The notes under the pieces are model-generated. The model was not told the DNA's origin. It saw only the letters and a program-made list of their open reading frames with translations, and did no database searches. The position numbers were made by a program, and so were the translations under genes. Below are positions 38,701-51,839 of a DNA stretch of 64,000 bases, one piece after another; within the stretch, counting starts at the first letter, position 1, and each line of letters starts with the position of its first letter. The stretch is from NCBI RefSeq assembly GCF_006345805.1, contig NC_043000.1, forward strand, positions 8,308,001 to 8,372,000. Direction: 5' to 3'. Source of the DNA: Octopus sinensis. Its lineage: Eukaryota.

Positions 38701-40769
38701 AGGAACATAAATTAAACATGAAATTTTGATGAAAGTTTTTGATTTAGATCAATTTAAAACAGTGCATTTGCATCTTAGAACCAGGGGCAGTCTCAGGTGG
38801 GTTGGTATCAAAAGGGTCAAATTGTTTAAGTTCCCAAATCTTGTCTGCGTGTTTTCTGTGAAGCTGGATAGTATGTACCATGAAATGTTTATTTTCATAT
38901 GATCTCTTTCTTAAATTTATTTTCACAAAATTGCTTTCTATATTAAATGAACATTGATTATAGAATGGTAGGTGGTAAGAATGTTGTTGAATTTGTTTCT
39001 AAGAAATAATCCATTAATAAATAAGTAGTTACCTGAAATCCATGGAGATTAGTGGTGGTCTGTATTGGCAAACATATTTGCTGGTAAATAAATAATTTCT
39101 TTAAATTTAATTATTTTGTTAGATATTTTTCATTTCCATAATTGGTTAATTATTACATGCAGTGTTATTTAATATTCAACGTTTCATCTTTTCATGGAAC
39201 AACTAAAAGTGTAATAATAATAATAATAATAATTGTAGCATCTTGGGAATATTAAAAATTGGGAGAAACCAATTTGATTTTTCTTTTCAATGCATGTTTA
39301 ACATTTCATTTTTAAATATACTGATTATCCACCTGTCCATAAATAAATGTGTATCCATTTACGCATGTTGATATTCATATCATTTGCACATTGCCATTGT
39401 ATGTTGTAAGATTTACCTTGGCAATAGAAAAATTATCATTTTAAATACTAAATATATCACAATTGAAATTTTCCATTTATGACTTTTATTATTACTTAAA
39501 TCAATAATATTTTCTTATTAATTATTTTGATGACAGCAAATAAACAATCTATGAAATGTTTGTTATTCTTCAGTATTTCATTTTTAAGATTATTTTATTA
39601 CTCATTACTACCACAGCTATTATTTGTGTTTCATATTTCCTCATTCTGTAAGACCTCTACTGGAATAATGATGTTAAAACTTCTCGTTATGTATACACTG
39701 CATTTCTTTCAATTAATTTACAAAATAATGAAGAATTTAGTAAAATAACATACACATTATTAAGTTGGTGTTTGGAACAAATTAATGTGAAATTTTGATA
39801 GAAAGCTTTAATTTGAATCACTTTAAAACAGGAAGTTTGTATCACAGAATTATAAGCAATCTCAGGTTGGTTGGCATCAAAAAAAGTTATAGGTTCCATC
39901 ATGCAAGGTATATTACCTTAGTCATCTTGTGTCAATTTCATTGTAAATTAAAGTGATAACTCTTGTCTCACAAATGGATTTGTTTTATTCTGGTGTAATT
40001 ATGCTTGCTTCAGTTTATGCAAATATCTAATTTTCTTTGTTAGATATTAATCATTAGTCACAAAAATAAACAGGGAGTAACCAAAAAAAAAAGAAAGAAA
40101 GGAAAAAGACCTCTGTTGTTAGGTAAATCCATAGCCGGAAGCAGAAATTGAATCTGTTGATCCTTTGTCTAATACTAAAATGTCAACTCACCTAGATTTT
40201 GTACATTTTTAAAAGAAGTTTCCTTCAGTAAGATATATTTGGTGGAGAAATAACAAAAGATTATATTCAAACATTGTGTAAGAAATTGGGTTTTTAATCA
40301 AATATAGTCACTACATGGTAAATTACTTTTAAATCATTAGTCCAGTCTTAAAGATGTTTGGCATTGTTGAGATTTATAGAATGTTGGTGGCAACACATTT
40401 CATTTCCAGTTTAGCTGGGTTTTTTTACTTAGTCTTTCACAATGTAATTTTCAGCCATAAACAGCAGCCCTGGGGTGAGCTCGAGTTTTGTAAAGCTTGC
40501 TTCCTTCAATATAATACATGGATATGAATCTTTTGTAAAAGTCAGGTGTAGGGGTCAGAGAACCTAACAAATCATTAATTTCAGTGTCCATGTTAGTCTT
40601 TTGCCCCCAAGGAGTTTTAGTCAATTATAGCTGCTCTGTTATTTGCTTCATTTGAAGCTTATTTTATTGATCTCTGTTCGTCAAATTCCTGGGTAAAAAT
40701 CATAAGACTAAGAAAAAAAGTACATAAGAATTATAAAAAAATAATTCTCATAAAAATCTCTGAATGCAG

Positions 40770-41120
40770 AAACTCACTTTGCAACCATGTGGTTTTTGGG
40801 TTCAATCCCACTGTGTGGCACCTTGAACAAAGTCTTCTTCTATAGCCTCAGGCCAACCAAAGCCTTGTGAGATGAATTGGTCGATGAAAACTCTGTAAGT
40901 CCATTGTGTGTGTCTGAGTTAGTCCCTCCACATCACTTAGTAACCAATGTTGGTTTATTTACACCCCTATAACGTTGCAGTTCAGCAAAAGAGACTGATA
41001 GAATAAGTAACAAACTAAAAACAAAAAAGTACTGGTGCTAATATGCTTGACTAAAACCTTTCAAGGCAATGCTCCGGCATGGCTGCCGTCCAATGACTGA
41101 GACAAGTAAGAAGATTAAAA
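40770..41120 (+). mobile_element. tRNA-derived SINE family A
   Basis: GGGTTCAATCCCACTGTGTGGCACCTTG core and ATGACTGAGACAAGTAAG tail. Confidence 0.8.
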
Positions 41121-41885
41121 ATAGTCATTAAGAATAAAACTATAAAACAAAATTGAAGTAGATGTAAATACATGAACAAAATAAACAAAAACAAATTATA
41201 GGAATGTGTATAAACAGGAGATACAAATATTACAGGCCCTCTCCCCACACACACTAATTAAACATAGACACACATAGGGGTCTACGCACGCGCAAATAAA
41301 GACACATACAATAGGAACACAAAATACAAAATGGCTGACTGTTAGTAAGGAGAGACACAGAAATAAGAAAGAAGAAGTGTGACGAAAGAACTCTGGCTGA
41401 ACTAAGATTAATATTAATGTAAAAACATAAATAAAGCTGAAGCAAATTAACACCAAATATATAGTGTGTGTGTTTTTATTGGCTAAACTGGCAAAATGAC
41501 CATTCCTAAATACAACAACAAAATTGAAGAAATTAAAAGAAACAAAGACAGGAAGCATTCATTGTAAAGTAAAGGTTTCCAAAAACTGAAATAAAGCTGT
41601 ATGAAAATGTATAAATGATCTGAAGAATAATGATATTTATTTATATATCTTCATGAAAATAGTGATTAGGCAAAGGTTGATGCGAGACTCTAAAATAAAA
41701 GTAATAGACTTCAATGACACAAGATAATTGTTGATTAGACTAAACTTGGGCCAGTATTATTATTTTCAGGAAATTGTTTCCAGACACAAACTGCATTGTT
41801 ATTTATATTTTATTTATCTGTTTGTTGTTGTTGTAGTCTCTAGAATGTTTGCAATGACAGACATATTAAGTGCAGACGTTCAAGA

Positions 41886-42114
41886 TTAATCCTTTCGTTA
41901 CCAATCCAGCTGAAACTGGCTCTGGCTCTGAGTACAAATGTCTTGTTTTCATAAGTTTCGAATTAAAATCTTCCACCAAACCTTAGTCACAATTTATGTT
42001 ACTAACACTAGCTGAATGATAACTAAGTTATTTTACTAAATTCTTTGTTATATTTCAAATTAATTGAAAGAAACACAGAACATCTCAAAATAAATACAGT
42101 AACGAAAGGGTTAA
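41886..42114 (-). mobile_element. piggyBac-type MITE family A (cleanest copy)
   Basis: TTAA-TCCTTTCGTTAC ... GTAACGAAAGGG-TTAA. Confidence 0.85.
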
Positions 42115-42837
42115 AGTTATAAACTCTGATGTCATTTGAAAATGTAAAATACAGAAAACTTTAGATAATTCCTTTATTTATTTATTTATTTATTTACTAT
42201 TTCAAGACAACTATAAAGATGTTCATATAGTTGTTTAAGTAAACGGTATGTCTTATGCCCCCCCCCCAAACAAAACAAAACAAATATTTTTCTTATGTTT
42301 GTATGTATGTGTATACATGTATATATGTGTATGAGTATGTATACATCAACACACATACACACACATGTGCAGTGTGTATTTATACATGCATGCTTGTTGT
42401 TTCTGTGTTTGGTTTTACATGTGTTTTTCCATGCTAGCATGGGTTAGATGAATCATATTACTGAGGCGTTGTTTTACAGGTGGATGCCATCCCTGTTGCT
42501 AACTCCTGTGTTTTTCAAGCAAGAAATTTCTTATTCCACGTGTCTTTAAAGACTCAAAACCAAGAGAAGATTTGTTGACAAAATTGATGGAGAAAATGAC
42601 AATGATTGCTTGTAACTTGGTAATTTTTGGATAAGTATGAGTATAAACAAACATGCAGACACATACATATACACACACTTACATCTATATACAATAGGCT
42701 CCTTTTAGTTTCTGCCTACTCTGGGGCTACAGCAGAAGATGTTTGTCCAGGGATGAACCATAAAACCATGTGGTTGGGAAGTGGATTTCTTTAACATGGA
42801 GTGACACTGTACTTATATATTTATATATATATATATT

Positions 42838-42980
42838 TTAATAATATATTATTATTAATATTGGGAAATCAATATCAAAACTCCTCAGAAAGATATACAT
42901 GTGTGTATCTTCACATGTGTATATCTTCCTGAGGAGTTTTGATATTGATTTTCTAATATTAATAATAATATATTATTAAT
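42838..42980. repeat. ~140 bp palindrome in (TA)-rich context, probable PLE fold-back
   Basis: AATAATATATTATTATTAATATTGGGAAATCAATATCAAAACTCCTCAGAAAGATATACATGTG pairs with CACATGTGTATATCTTCCTGAGGAGTTTTGATATTGATTTTCTAATATTAATAATAATATATTATT; it contains CTGAGGAG. Confidence 0.8.
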
Positions 42981-43435
42981 ATATATATAGTTGCTCATAT
43001 TAAATATATAAATACTTTAATAGTATTAATACTCTGATACAATAGAGCACTCAATATAAATTCAGTATATAATATTCTCATTGAATATATTTAATTAAAG
43101 ATTTATTTATTTATATATATGTGTGTGTGTATGTATACATGTATGCATGATGCATGTATGTATCAGTGAAATAGATATCAGAGGTTTCAGTCACTTGTCA
43201 TCGCCTTTGAGAAGCCCAACATTTGAAGGGTGCTTTTTATGTGCCACCAGCATGGGTGCCAGTTAGGTGACACTGGCACCGGCTATGGCTACAGTCTGAC
43301 TTGGCTTGATGAGTCTTCTCAAGCACAGCATATTACCAAATGCTTTCGTCACTTGTCATCACCTCCGTGAGGCCCCACTCAAGCTAGCATGGAAGGCGGA
43401 TCTTAAATGGTGATGATGATGATGATGATGATGAG

Positions 43436-43478
<43 letters not shown>

Positions 43479-43951
43479 CATATATATATATGTGTGTGTG
43501 TGTATATATATGTGTGTGTGTGTATATATGTGTGTGTGTATATATACATATGTATATATGTATATATATTTTTTTTTTCCAAAAGCTATCAGATATTATT
43601 ATTTTCTTTTAATGTTTAAGCATAAATAAACCTTAGGACTTGTCCAAGATTTCAGTTTTGTGATTTTCTTCTCATATGTACATATTATCTGGAGCATCAC
43701 AGATGATTAACAATAGGTATCATGAGGTTAATTTCGATAATTGGTAAATATTCTTCCATAGCTAATAATTTACATATTGTATTCAAAGTGACTCCCACAA
43801 AACATTGCTTTGCATTATTGATGCATGAATATGTATCAGTATGTTGGTCACTGGAGAAATATATTTGAATATTCTAATAATCACTCTAAATGAGTATTTG
43901 ACTAGCCTTGTTTTGCTAATTAATGTGTATTTTGAAACTCAAATGAAGTTA

Positions 43952-44339
43952 CTCTCTCTTTTACTCTTTTACTTGTTTCAGTCATTTGACTGTGGCCATG
44001 CTGGAGCACCACCTTTAGTCGAACAAATCGACTCCAGGACTTATTCTTTGTAAGCCTAGTACTTATTCTATCAGTCTCTTTTGCCGAACTGCTAAGTTAC
44101 GGGTATGTAAACACACCAGCATCGGTTGTCAAGCGATGTTGGGGGGACAAACACAGACAAACATATACATACACACATATATACGATGGGCTTCTTTCAG
44201 TTTCTGTCTACTAAATCCACTCACAACGCTTTGGTCAGCCTGAGACTATAGTAGAAGACACTTGCCCAAGGTGGCATGCCGTGGGACTGAACCCCCTAAC
44301 TATGTGGTTGGTAAGCAAGCTACTTACCACACAGCCACA
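43952..44339 (-). mobile_element. tRNA-derived SINE family A, young, reverse
   Basis: (CTCTTTTA)n tail and the reverse complement of 10113-10528. Confidence 0.92.
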
Positions 44340-44879
44340 GAGAAAAAATATTTAAAAATGATAAAATCATAAATTTTCCTACATTGTTCTTAGCAAATGA
44401 CTAGATTCATACTAGGCATAGAGAACATATTATATTAATTAGCTAAGCACTCAATGATTCAGTCTGATAATAGTTAAATTATAATTCTCTTTGTAAATTG
44501 AAGTTCTTGAAATTTTTAATATTCGAATCTTAACAATATATTGTTTCAAAATTCTGATTGCAGTTAGGATTCTGTTTCCATGACAATTCTCTAGTTGACA
44601 AGATTATTATTATTATTATTATTATTTACGAGACACATGAAGATTACTTAAATTTCTATGACAGAACTAATTACGTGTCTTGGCACTGAAATCTGCACCA
44701 TTGTAGACATTAATTTAAAGCATGAATCAGATACCTGTAATCAGTTAGTGCAAATGAGTAAGAAGTCTATCCTTATTATTATTTACATTTACCATGCAGA
44801 CACACTAAATAGTTTCACCTACTGTAGTGTCTCTAATGAGTAATGAATGGTATGACAGTCTATTTTCCAAGTTACAGCA

Positions 44880-45117
44880 TATCGGGTGTTCATAAGCTAC
44901 ATTTTTATAATTTTCAAAATTCAGAAAAAAGTTATAAGTAAGGATAACTCAGCAGAGTTTATTGGAAAACATAGGCAAACAAATAAAATTTGATTAGAAA
45001 CATCAGAACACTTCCACACAGTCTCCATTAGATGCAAAGAAGTTGATCGATGGGTCTCAATGTTAATAGGCACAATAAACTGTGGCAGTTGTAAAGATAA
45101 TTTATGAACACCCTGTA
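44880..45117. mobile_element. Tc1/mariner-type MITE
   Basis: TA-TCGGGTGTTCATAAG ... TTTATGAACACCCTG-TA termini. Confidence 0.6.
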
Positions 45118-45151
45118 TATGTTTTCACTTGTTATCATCTAGTTTTCAGTG

Positions 45152-45475
45152 AGATGTGTGGCTTGGTGGTTATAGTGTTCAGTTCATGATCGTAAGGTCA
45201 CGAGTTCGATTCCTTGCAGCATGTTGTGTCCTTGAGTCAGACACTTTATTTCACATTGCTCTAATTCATTCAGCTGGCAAAAATGAGTAGTACCTGTATT
45301 TCGAAGGGCCAGCCTTGTCACATTCTATGTCATGCTGAATCTCCCTGAGAACTATGTTAAGGGTACATGTGTCTGTGGAATACTCAACCACTTGCATGTT
45401 AATTTCATGAGCAGGCTGTTCTATTGTTTGGATCAACTGGAACCCTTGTCATTGTAACTGATGGAATACCAGTAT
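45152..45475 (+). mobile_element. tRNA-derived SINE family D
   Basis: A box TGGCTTGGTGG, B box GAGTTCGATTCC, core GTGTCCTTGAGTCAGACACTTTATTTCACATTGCTC. Confidence 0.8.
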
Positions 45476-45772
45476 CTTCTAGTTTTTAAATAATGGTTAT
45501 TCCTTAAATGATCAAGATATTATAGTAACTGTTTATAACTCCGCAAAGATGAACATTCTAAATACATTTGGGATGAGGGGGTAGTTCTACTGTTTCTTTT
45601 GTTCTATATTTTATCTAATCATTTTTCTTCTAAATTTTGGTATTTGTTCCCTTAACAGCAACAAGAATAACTTTTGTCACTGCATTATTGCAATTATTAA
45701 ATTAAGCATTCCTGGAAATACTTAATTTTTAGGAAGTAGAAATAGATATATAAGTGCAGACATGGTTGGGTT

Positions 45773-45907
45773 GTTAAAATGCTTGCTTCGCCATCACGTG
45801 GTTTCAGATTCATTCCCACTGTGCAACACCATGGTCAAGTGTTTTCTACAATAGATCTGGACTGACCGATGCTTTGTCAGTGAATTTTTCTGATGGAAAT
45901 CATCATC

Positions 45908-45938
<31 letters not shown>

Positions 45939-46400
45939 ATGTATGTATAAAGTACATTAATTACATGAAATACAAAAAATGTATTTATGTATATACAGAC
46001 TTATGCAGAATAGAAATGATATAAAGAATTAAAGGGGACGAGAAGCATTATTACATATCCAACAGCTGTTTCTAGGGGCTCAGTAGTCCAAAATAATGTT
46101 TGTAGATTGATTCTGTCATGGGATGAGATGAGCCTCCATCTTCAGGGAAAAAGATCTTACATTTGAGGTGTTAAAGGAAAGAAGTTCAAAGATGGAGTGT
46201 GTGTTTATGTTTCCTCTCCAAACTACTTGATAGCCAGTGTTGGTTTGTTTATATCCTTATCAATTAGCTGTTTAATAGAACAAACAAATAGAATGAGTAC
46301 TGGGTTCAATTCATTCAACTAAAACTTGCAGGGTAGTGCTCCAGCATGGCTTCAGTCCAATGCCTGGAATAAGTAAATGATAAAATATAAAGATATAAAA
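45773..46400 (+). mobile_element. Family A SINE split by a PLE remnant (about 45950-46190)
   Basis: Head at 45773-45900, then microsatellite, unrelated insert, and the SINE 3' half at 46197-46400. Confidence 0.7.
46058..46149 (-). ncRNA. Type-I hammerhead-like motif with large stem II loop
   Basis: Minus strand TCC-CTGAAGA-TGGAGGCTCA(~50 nt)TGAGCCCCTA-GAAAC-AGCT-GT-T-GGA: canonical cores, palindromic stem III AACAGCTGTT, stem I TCC/GGA. Confidence 0.65.
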
Positions 46401-46570
46401 CATTTTTTAAATGTTATGATTTGAAATGCATAATTATATTTTCTCTTTAATTGATTTATATTGAAGGTCATTTAAAAAAGTGATAGAGCTCGTTAATTAA
46501 AAGAAAACTTCCAATGCAAACAAGCTGAAAATATAAAAAAAAAAAACAGCAACTAGAAAATTATCTAACG

Positions 46571-46797
46571 AACCCCTTAGCATTCAAATTACTTTGTCAA
46601 ATGTTATGCTTATTTATTCATATTGTTTTGAATTAATTATGCATTATCTTGTAGTTTTAAGATTTTAATTAAGTGATAGTTTATTTTTAGAATATTATTA
46701 TAGGGTATGTGCGAAAGGCCAGATCTGCCTGGTCTGAACATAAAACAGGTACGATATTTGGGCCGGATATGGCCAGTTTTAAATGCTAAAGGGTTAA
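46571..46797 (+). mobile_element. piggyBac-type MITE family B
   Basis: AACCCCTTAGCATT...AATGCTAAAGGGTTAA. Confidence 0.8.
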
Positions 46798-47747
46798 ACT
46801 ATAAATAGACTTGATTCTGTTTATTTATTCAATGTATTCTAGGAGTCTTTTTTTTCTCTCTTTGTGTTATGGAAATTAAATGATTCTGATATTTTTATTA
46901 TCTATTAGATATGCATCATCATGTATGAGAGTATCATCATTATTATTCTATGTCTTATTTTCCATGCTGGCATGGGTTGGATGGATTTTATTATTTGTTG
47001 GAGTGGGTTTCATTTGGTGCACGTAGCAAGAGTTGTGTGCATTGGGTGATTTTTATTGTACCAGCAGCACTGGAGAACTTGTCACATGTGGGACAATTAA
47101 CCATCTCTCTACTCTATGTCAGTTTTTCTTTAGTGTCACTGCCCTCCTAGACCAGTGCCCTGTGATGTGGTTTGCAGAGCCCACATAATCCTCTTTGCTT
47201 TTGACAGGGTTTCTGCAACTAAATGACCTTCCTGTCACCAATAACTTTACAACAGTGATCCTGCATCATGAACCAGTTTCATGCATGACAATTATTCCAC
47301 AGGCCAGGATTTCATGCTGTGTACATAACAAAACGCAAAGTGTATCATATGTAATTTAATTATTACACTCACACACGCACACACACACACACCCTCACAC
47401 ACACACACACGCACACTCATACATGCATGTGTATGGGTATGTATGTCTTTATGTTTGTCCTTATATCTCTTGGCAACCGGTGCTGGTTAATTTTTTATTT
47501 GTGTTCCTGTAATCTAGAGGACTGACAAAAATGACTGATAGACTGAGTACCAGACATTCAAAAAGAACAAGTACTGGCTTTGATTTGTTTGACTAAAAAA
47601 CCCTTCAAGGTGCCCCAGCATGGCCACCTTCCATTACTATATATAAACCATTTTATGCTATATGTAATATATTTATGATGATGATAATGATATATATATA
47701 TGTGTGTGTGTATATTTACATACACGCACATATACTTACATATATAT

Positions 47748-47780
<33 letters not shown>

Positions 47781-47960
47781 CACCACACACACACACGCAC
47801 CACACACACACACGCACACACACACACATTATAGGACAAAGAAATGCACAAATAAGTTGGAGAAAAGAAAGTATTCAATATGAAATGTAGGGCTTTATCA
47901 TTTTTTTGATGAGGTAACATTACCTATAGCAGTAATAATAATAATAATAATAATAATAAT

Positions 47961-49054
47961 GATTTCTTTTATTGGCCACAAGGGCCCAAGACATGGAGGA
48001 CAATGCTGAAGGATGAGTTACAGCACAAAAAAATTACCAAAACATGTGGGGTTAACATGAATGAAGGGGAGACACGACCACATGAAAGGATATAACAGAG
48101 GATATGTAATAGAAACTAGAGAAATAAATAATAAATAAATAGATAGAATCCCCAATAGCAGGGCAGTCCACTTAGGGTAATCTGGGGTCAAAACCGCACA
48201 AAAATCCTGGATTACTTTGCCATCTCCAAGGCATGGGAAGGTGCCCTCTTCCAGTTTCTTTCCTCCTGCTTAGAAAAGCATATTCAGATAGTTCCATTGA
48301 GTCTCACCAGTCTTGCCACTGTCAACCCCTTCTGATAAACACACTAGAAGGCAGTACTTTCCTCTCTACTCTCACCTTCCTCTTCAAATGATATTTTTAG
48401 AAATTGATGAGGGCTCAACTAGGCAAGAATGTGCCTGTCTTCAAACCTTTCAGATGGGTCCACCACACAGCCACTTCTACCACAGCCACTAAGCAGAGAA
48501 AGATCTGCCTTCCTTCTCTGCTAAGGGAAAGTAGTGTGTCGATCTTCACTATACACTCGGTAAACAGCTGAATTCGTCTTACATGCAACAACAGCTGCTC
48601 CATACAATCCCACAACTCTAATGCACGGACACTGAATTATTGCATGCAACACAGTTTCATCCCCTTGCAAGCATCTCAGGTAGGTTTGGCTGTTGGCACT
48701 TCCAAGCCTGAAAATCTTGTCTTGAATGGGCAATACCCCTATGTAGCACTGCCAAGCCAAAGACTTTTATAAGTGTCCATGATCCTTGACCTGAGAGTCC
48801 TCTGAAAGAGACTACTCAGACTGTTCTTGTTGTTGCCTAGATTCAATCCTAGGCCATCATCATCACTCATACCCTCAACCGGCCTCCTATAGAAATCTTG
48901 GGTTGTTTTCCTGCTAACGGTTTTGGGCAGCTGGTACAATGCAGTGAGCGCCTGGCAACACTCTAGATGCCAAGCGCCCAACCTTGGTCTATGTTTGACA
49001 CATGACTGCAGCTCTGTCAATGAAAGATGTGTCGCATGAAAGATGCCCACACCC
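47961..49054 (-). mobile_element. 5'-truncated Tx1/L1-clade LINE 3' end
   Basis: Frameshifted ORF2 C-terminus with a CCHC knuckle remnant (YLRCLQGDETVLHAIIQCP..R.VW), a 3' UTR ending AATAAAAGAAATC + (ATT)n, and AAT repeats at both ends. Confidence 0.8.
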
Positions 49055-49074
49055 ATAATAACAATGGTAATAAT

Positions 49075-49724
49075 GAAAATAACCGTTTCTACTAATTTTG
49101 GGTGAGTTGGATAGTCGATTATATTGACCCCAGTATTTGACTGGTACCTCTTTCATTGACCCCAAAAGGATGAAAGGCAAAGTCAATCTTGGCGGAATTT
49201 GAACTCAGAATGTGAACCCATAAAATGCCACTAATCATTTTGCTAATGACTCTGCCAGTTCACTGCCTTAATAGTAGTAGTAGTAGTAATGATGGTTTCA
49301 GATTTTGGCACAAGGCCAGTAAGTTCAGGGGGGTGGGTGATAATCGATTATATTGACCCCAGTACTTGATTGGTACTTATATTATCAACCCTAAAAAGAC
49401 AAAAGGCAAAGTCAACCTCAGTAGAATTTGAACTTAGAACGTAAAGATAGACAAGACGTTGCTAAGCATTTTGCCTGGTGTGCTAACAATTCTGCCAGCC
49501 TGCACCCTAGTAGTAGTAGTAGTCCTTTCTACTAAAAGCACAAGGCCTGAAACTTTGGGGGAGGGGAACAGTTGGTTACATCGACCCCAGTACTCTACTG
49601 GTACTTATTTTACCAACCCTGAAAGGATGAAAGGCAGTCAACCTAGGCAGAATTTGAACTCAGAACATAAAGTATGGATAAGATGTTGCTGAGTAATTTG
49701 CCTGGTGTGCTAATAATAATGATG

Positions 49725-49763
<39 letters not shown>

Positions 49764-49860
49764 GTTTCTGATTTAGGTGTAAGTCAAGCAATTTTGGTGT
49801 GATAGGGTTAGTCAATAGAACCAACTCCAATGTTTGACTGTTACTTTATTTCATCATAAT
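49075..49860 (-). mobile_element. Tandem array of four family C SINEs (Nin/Deu-like central domain) separated by (AAT)/(AGT)n
   Basis: The unit GATTATATTGACCCCAGTA..TGA.TGGTAC...AAAGGATGAAAGGCAAAGTCAA...GAATTTGAACTCAGAA repeats at about 49075, 49290, 49525 and (partial) 49765. Confidence 0.8.
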
Positions 49861-50029
49861 TATTAAGAAAATTAAGGATGTTGAAATTAAAATAAATAGG
49901 GTATGGGACATGATGACAGTAAAAAAAAAAAGTACCGGTAATAATTGAATGATTGGGTATGATAAATAAATATGAACAGAAACAAAAGTCAAGCCAGTGT
50001 TTGCAAGGTTATACTTGCACACAGTCCCC

Positions 50030-50750
50030 CCCCCAGAAACACACCCTGCTAAACACACCCACATCCTGCATTAGGTACTTACGATTCAATGACAGAACAC
50101 TTTCTGCACACAACACATACCTTGTACACTAACCACCCAATAATGTAGCAGTACATGCAACGCATACTGTTAAGAATCGACACCAAGTAATGTAACACAG
50201 CACATACTGTACGCAATCAATACCCAATAAAACATCCTAATACATACTCTTACCTAATCAATACCCGAAACTATAACACCAACAAATCATATAATTCACA
50301 TTCTACGCAATTACCACCCAATAAATATGATAACACACCTACGCTGCACATAGCCTACACGATCAACACCCAGCGCTTAAAACACACAACGCCAATCACA
50401 CAGTGTTATACGACAACGCAGACACCACCCAGCAGAATAATACAACCCACATTGCACGTACGCTGCACAACAGACGGAACATTAAAAAAATGATGTCAGG
50501 AGGAGAAACAGAAAGAACGAGAAACCAAAACAAATCGTCATGGAAATGCAAAAACCGACGTAGTTTACAAACATTGTTCTACAGCCTAGAAAGCAACACC
50601 ACACACACACACACACATGCACATATGCACACAGACACATACACACATATGCACATAAGAACAATGCGATGCCCCTGGTGGTGCAACAGGGACCTGCATA
50701 AAACTGTTTCAAACATAATAATAATAATAATAATAATAGTAATAAAAAAT
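50030..50750 (+). repeat. A/C-skewed degenerate ~40-bp minisatellite ending in an (AAT)n tail; possibly a LINE 3' UTR
   Basis: Recurrent CATACTGT.CGCAATCAATACCCAATAA-like units at 50120-50470; ends GGGACCTGCATAAAACTGTTTCAAAC(ATA)n. Confidence 0.5.
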
Positions 50751-51839
50751 AATAAGAGGAATGTTCATTCAAAAAAATGTAAATTAAAAAATCTGTATAA
50801 TTTGTACATGGATTGGATAAACATTTCCTTTTAATGAGGTGTAGAACTGGAAAAAAATTATCTATTTATCTATCTTTCTATACATATAATTTTTCTAATT
50901 TTGGTCTTTTTCTCTCTCTCTCTTTCTCTCTCTCTCTACACACACACATGCATTCTTTTATTCTTTTATTTCAGTCATTAGACTGGCCATTCTGGGGTAT
51001 CACCTTGAAGTTGAACAAATTACCCTCGGTACTTGCCATTTTTACAGTTATACATATACACCCATAATTCTTCATTTGTATATGCGTGTATATATATATA
51101 TATATATATGTATACATATATATATATATATATGTATATATATATGTATATATATATATATGTATATGCATGCGTGGGGAATATATATATATATATAAGT
51201 TGGCAATTATATTATATTTGAGTTTCTCTTATGATATAATTACTTAGGTCTTAAAGCAGCTTATGTGCTTATATCTATATGCCTGTGCATGATATATATA
51301 TATCTAAATATATATATAGAGATATATTGATGATGATGATGATGAAGCGTTATACAAACTTTTAGTTGGGTGGCTAGAATCAGCAGTTTTGATGATCTGC
51401 ATTTTATTAAAGTTTACTATAAATTTAACATTTGCTTTTAGCTAATTAATTAATTGCCTTTTCCAGTAGATTCGTTGATGATCATCAGGTGGAAACTGCT
51501 CAAGTAAAACTAAAAACTCGGCATCATAATTAGTTTTTTTTCAATCATTGTTAGTTTTAACATTGATTATTGTAATTAGCCATTTCTATACCAACTCATC
51601 TGAGACCTTTCTGGTCTTGTTTTCTAGTCCATGATTAAATGAACCCCTACCCTAATTCTTTGTAGGGCACCCTTTGAACAAGACAACCCCAGTACTTATT
51701 TTTTTCTTTTTTCAGTCTGGTTCTTATTCTATCAGTTTCTCTTGCTGAACAGCTAAGTTAGCGTACATTAACAAACCAACACCAGTTGTGTGGGAGACAA
51801 CAACAAATATATACACACAAATACTTACGTATGTAATGT

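Noticed and set aside
51462-51495. Minus-strand CCAC-CTGATGA motif; also CTGATGA at 14072 and 20929, and CTGACGA at 63532
   Set aside because: No convincing stem II followed by GAAA and NUH.
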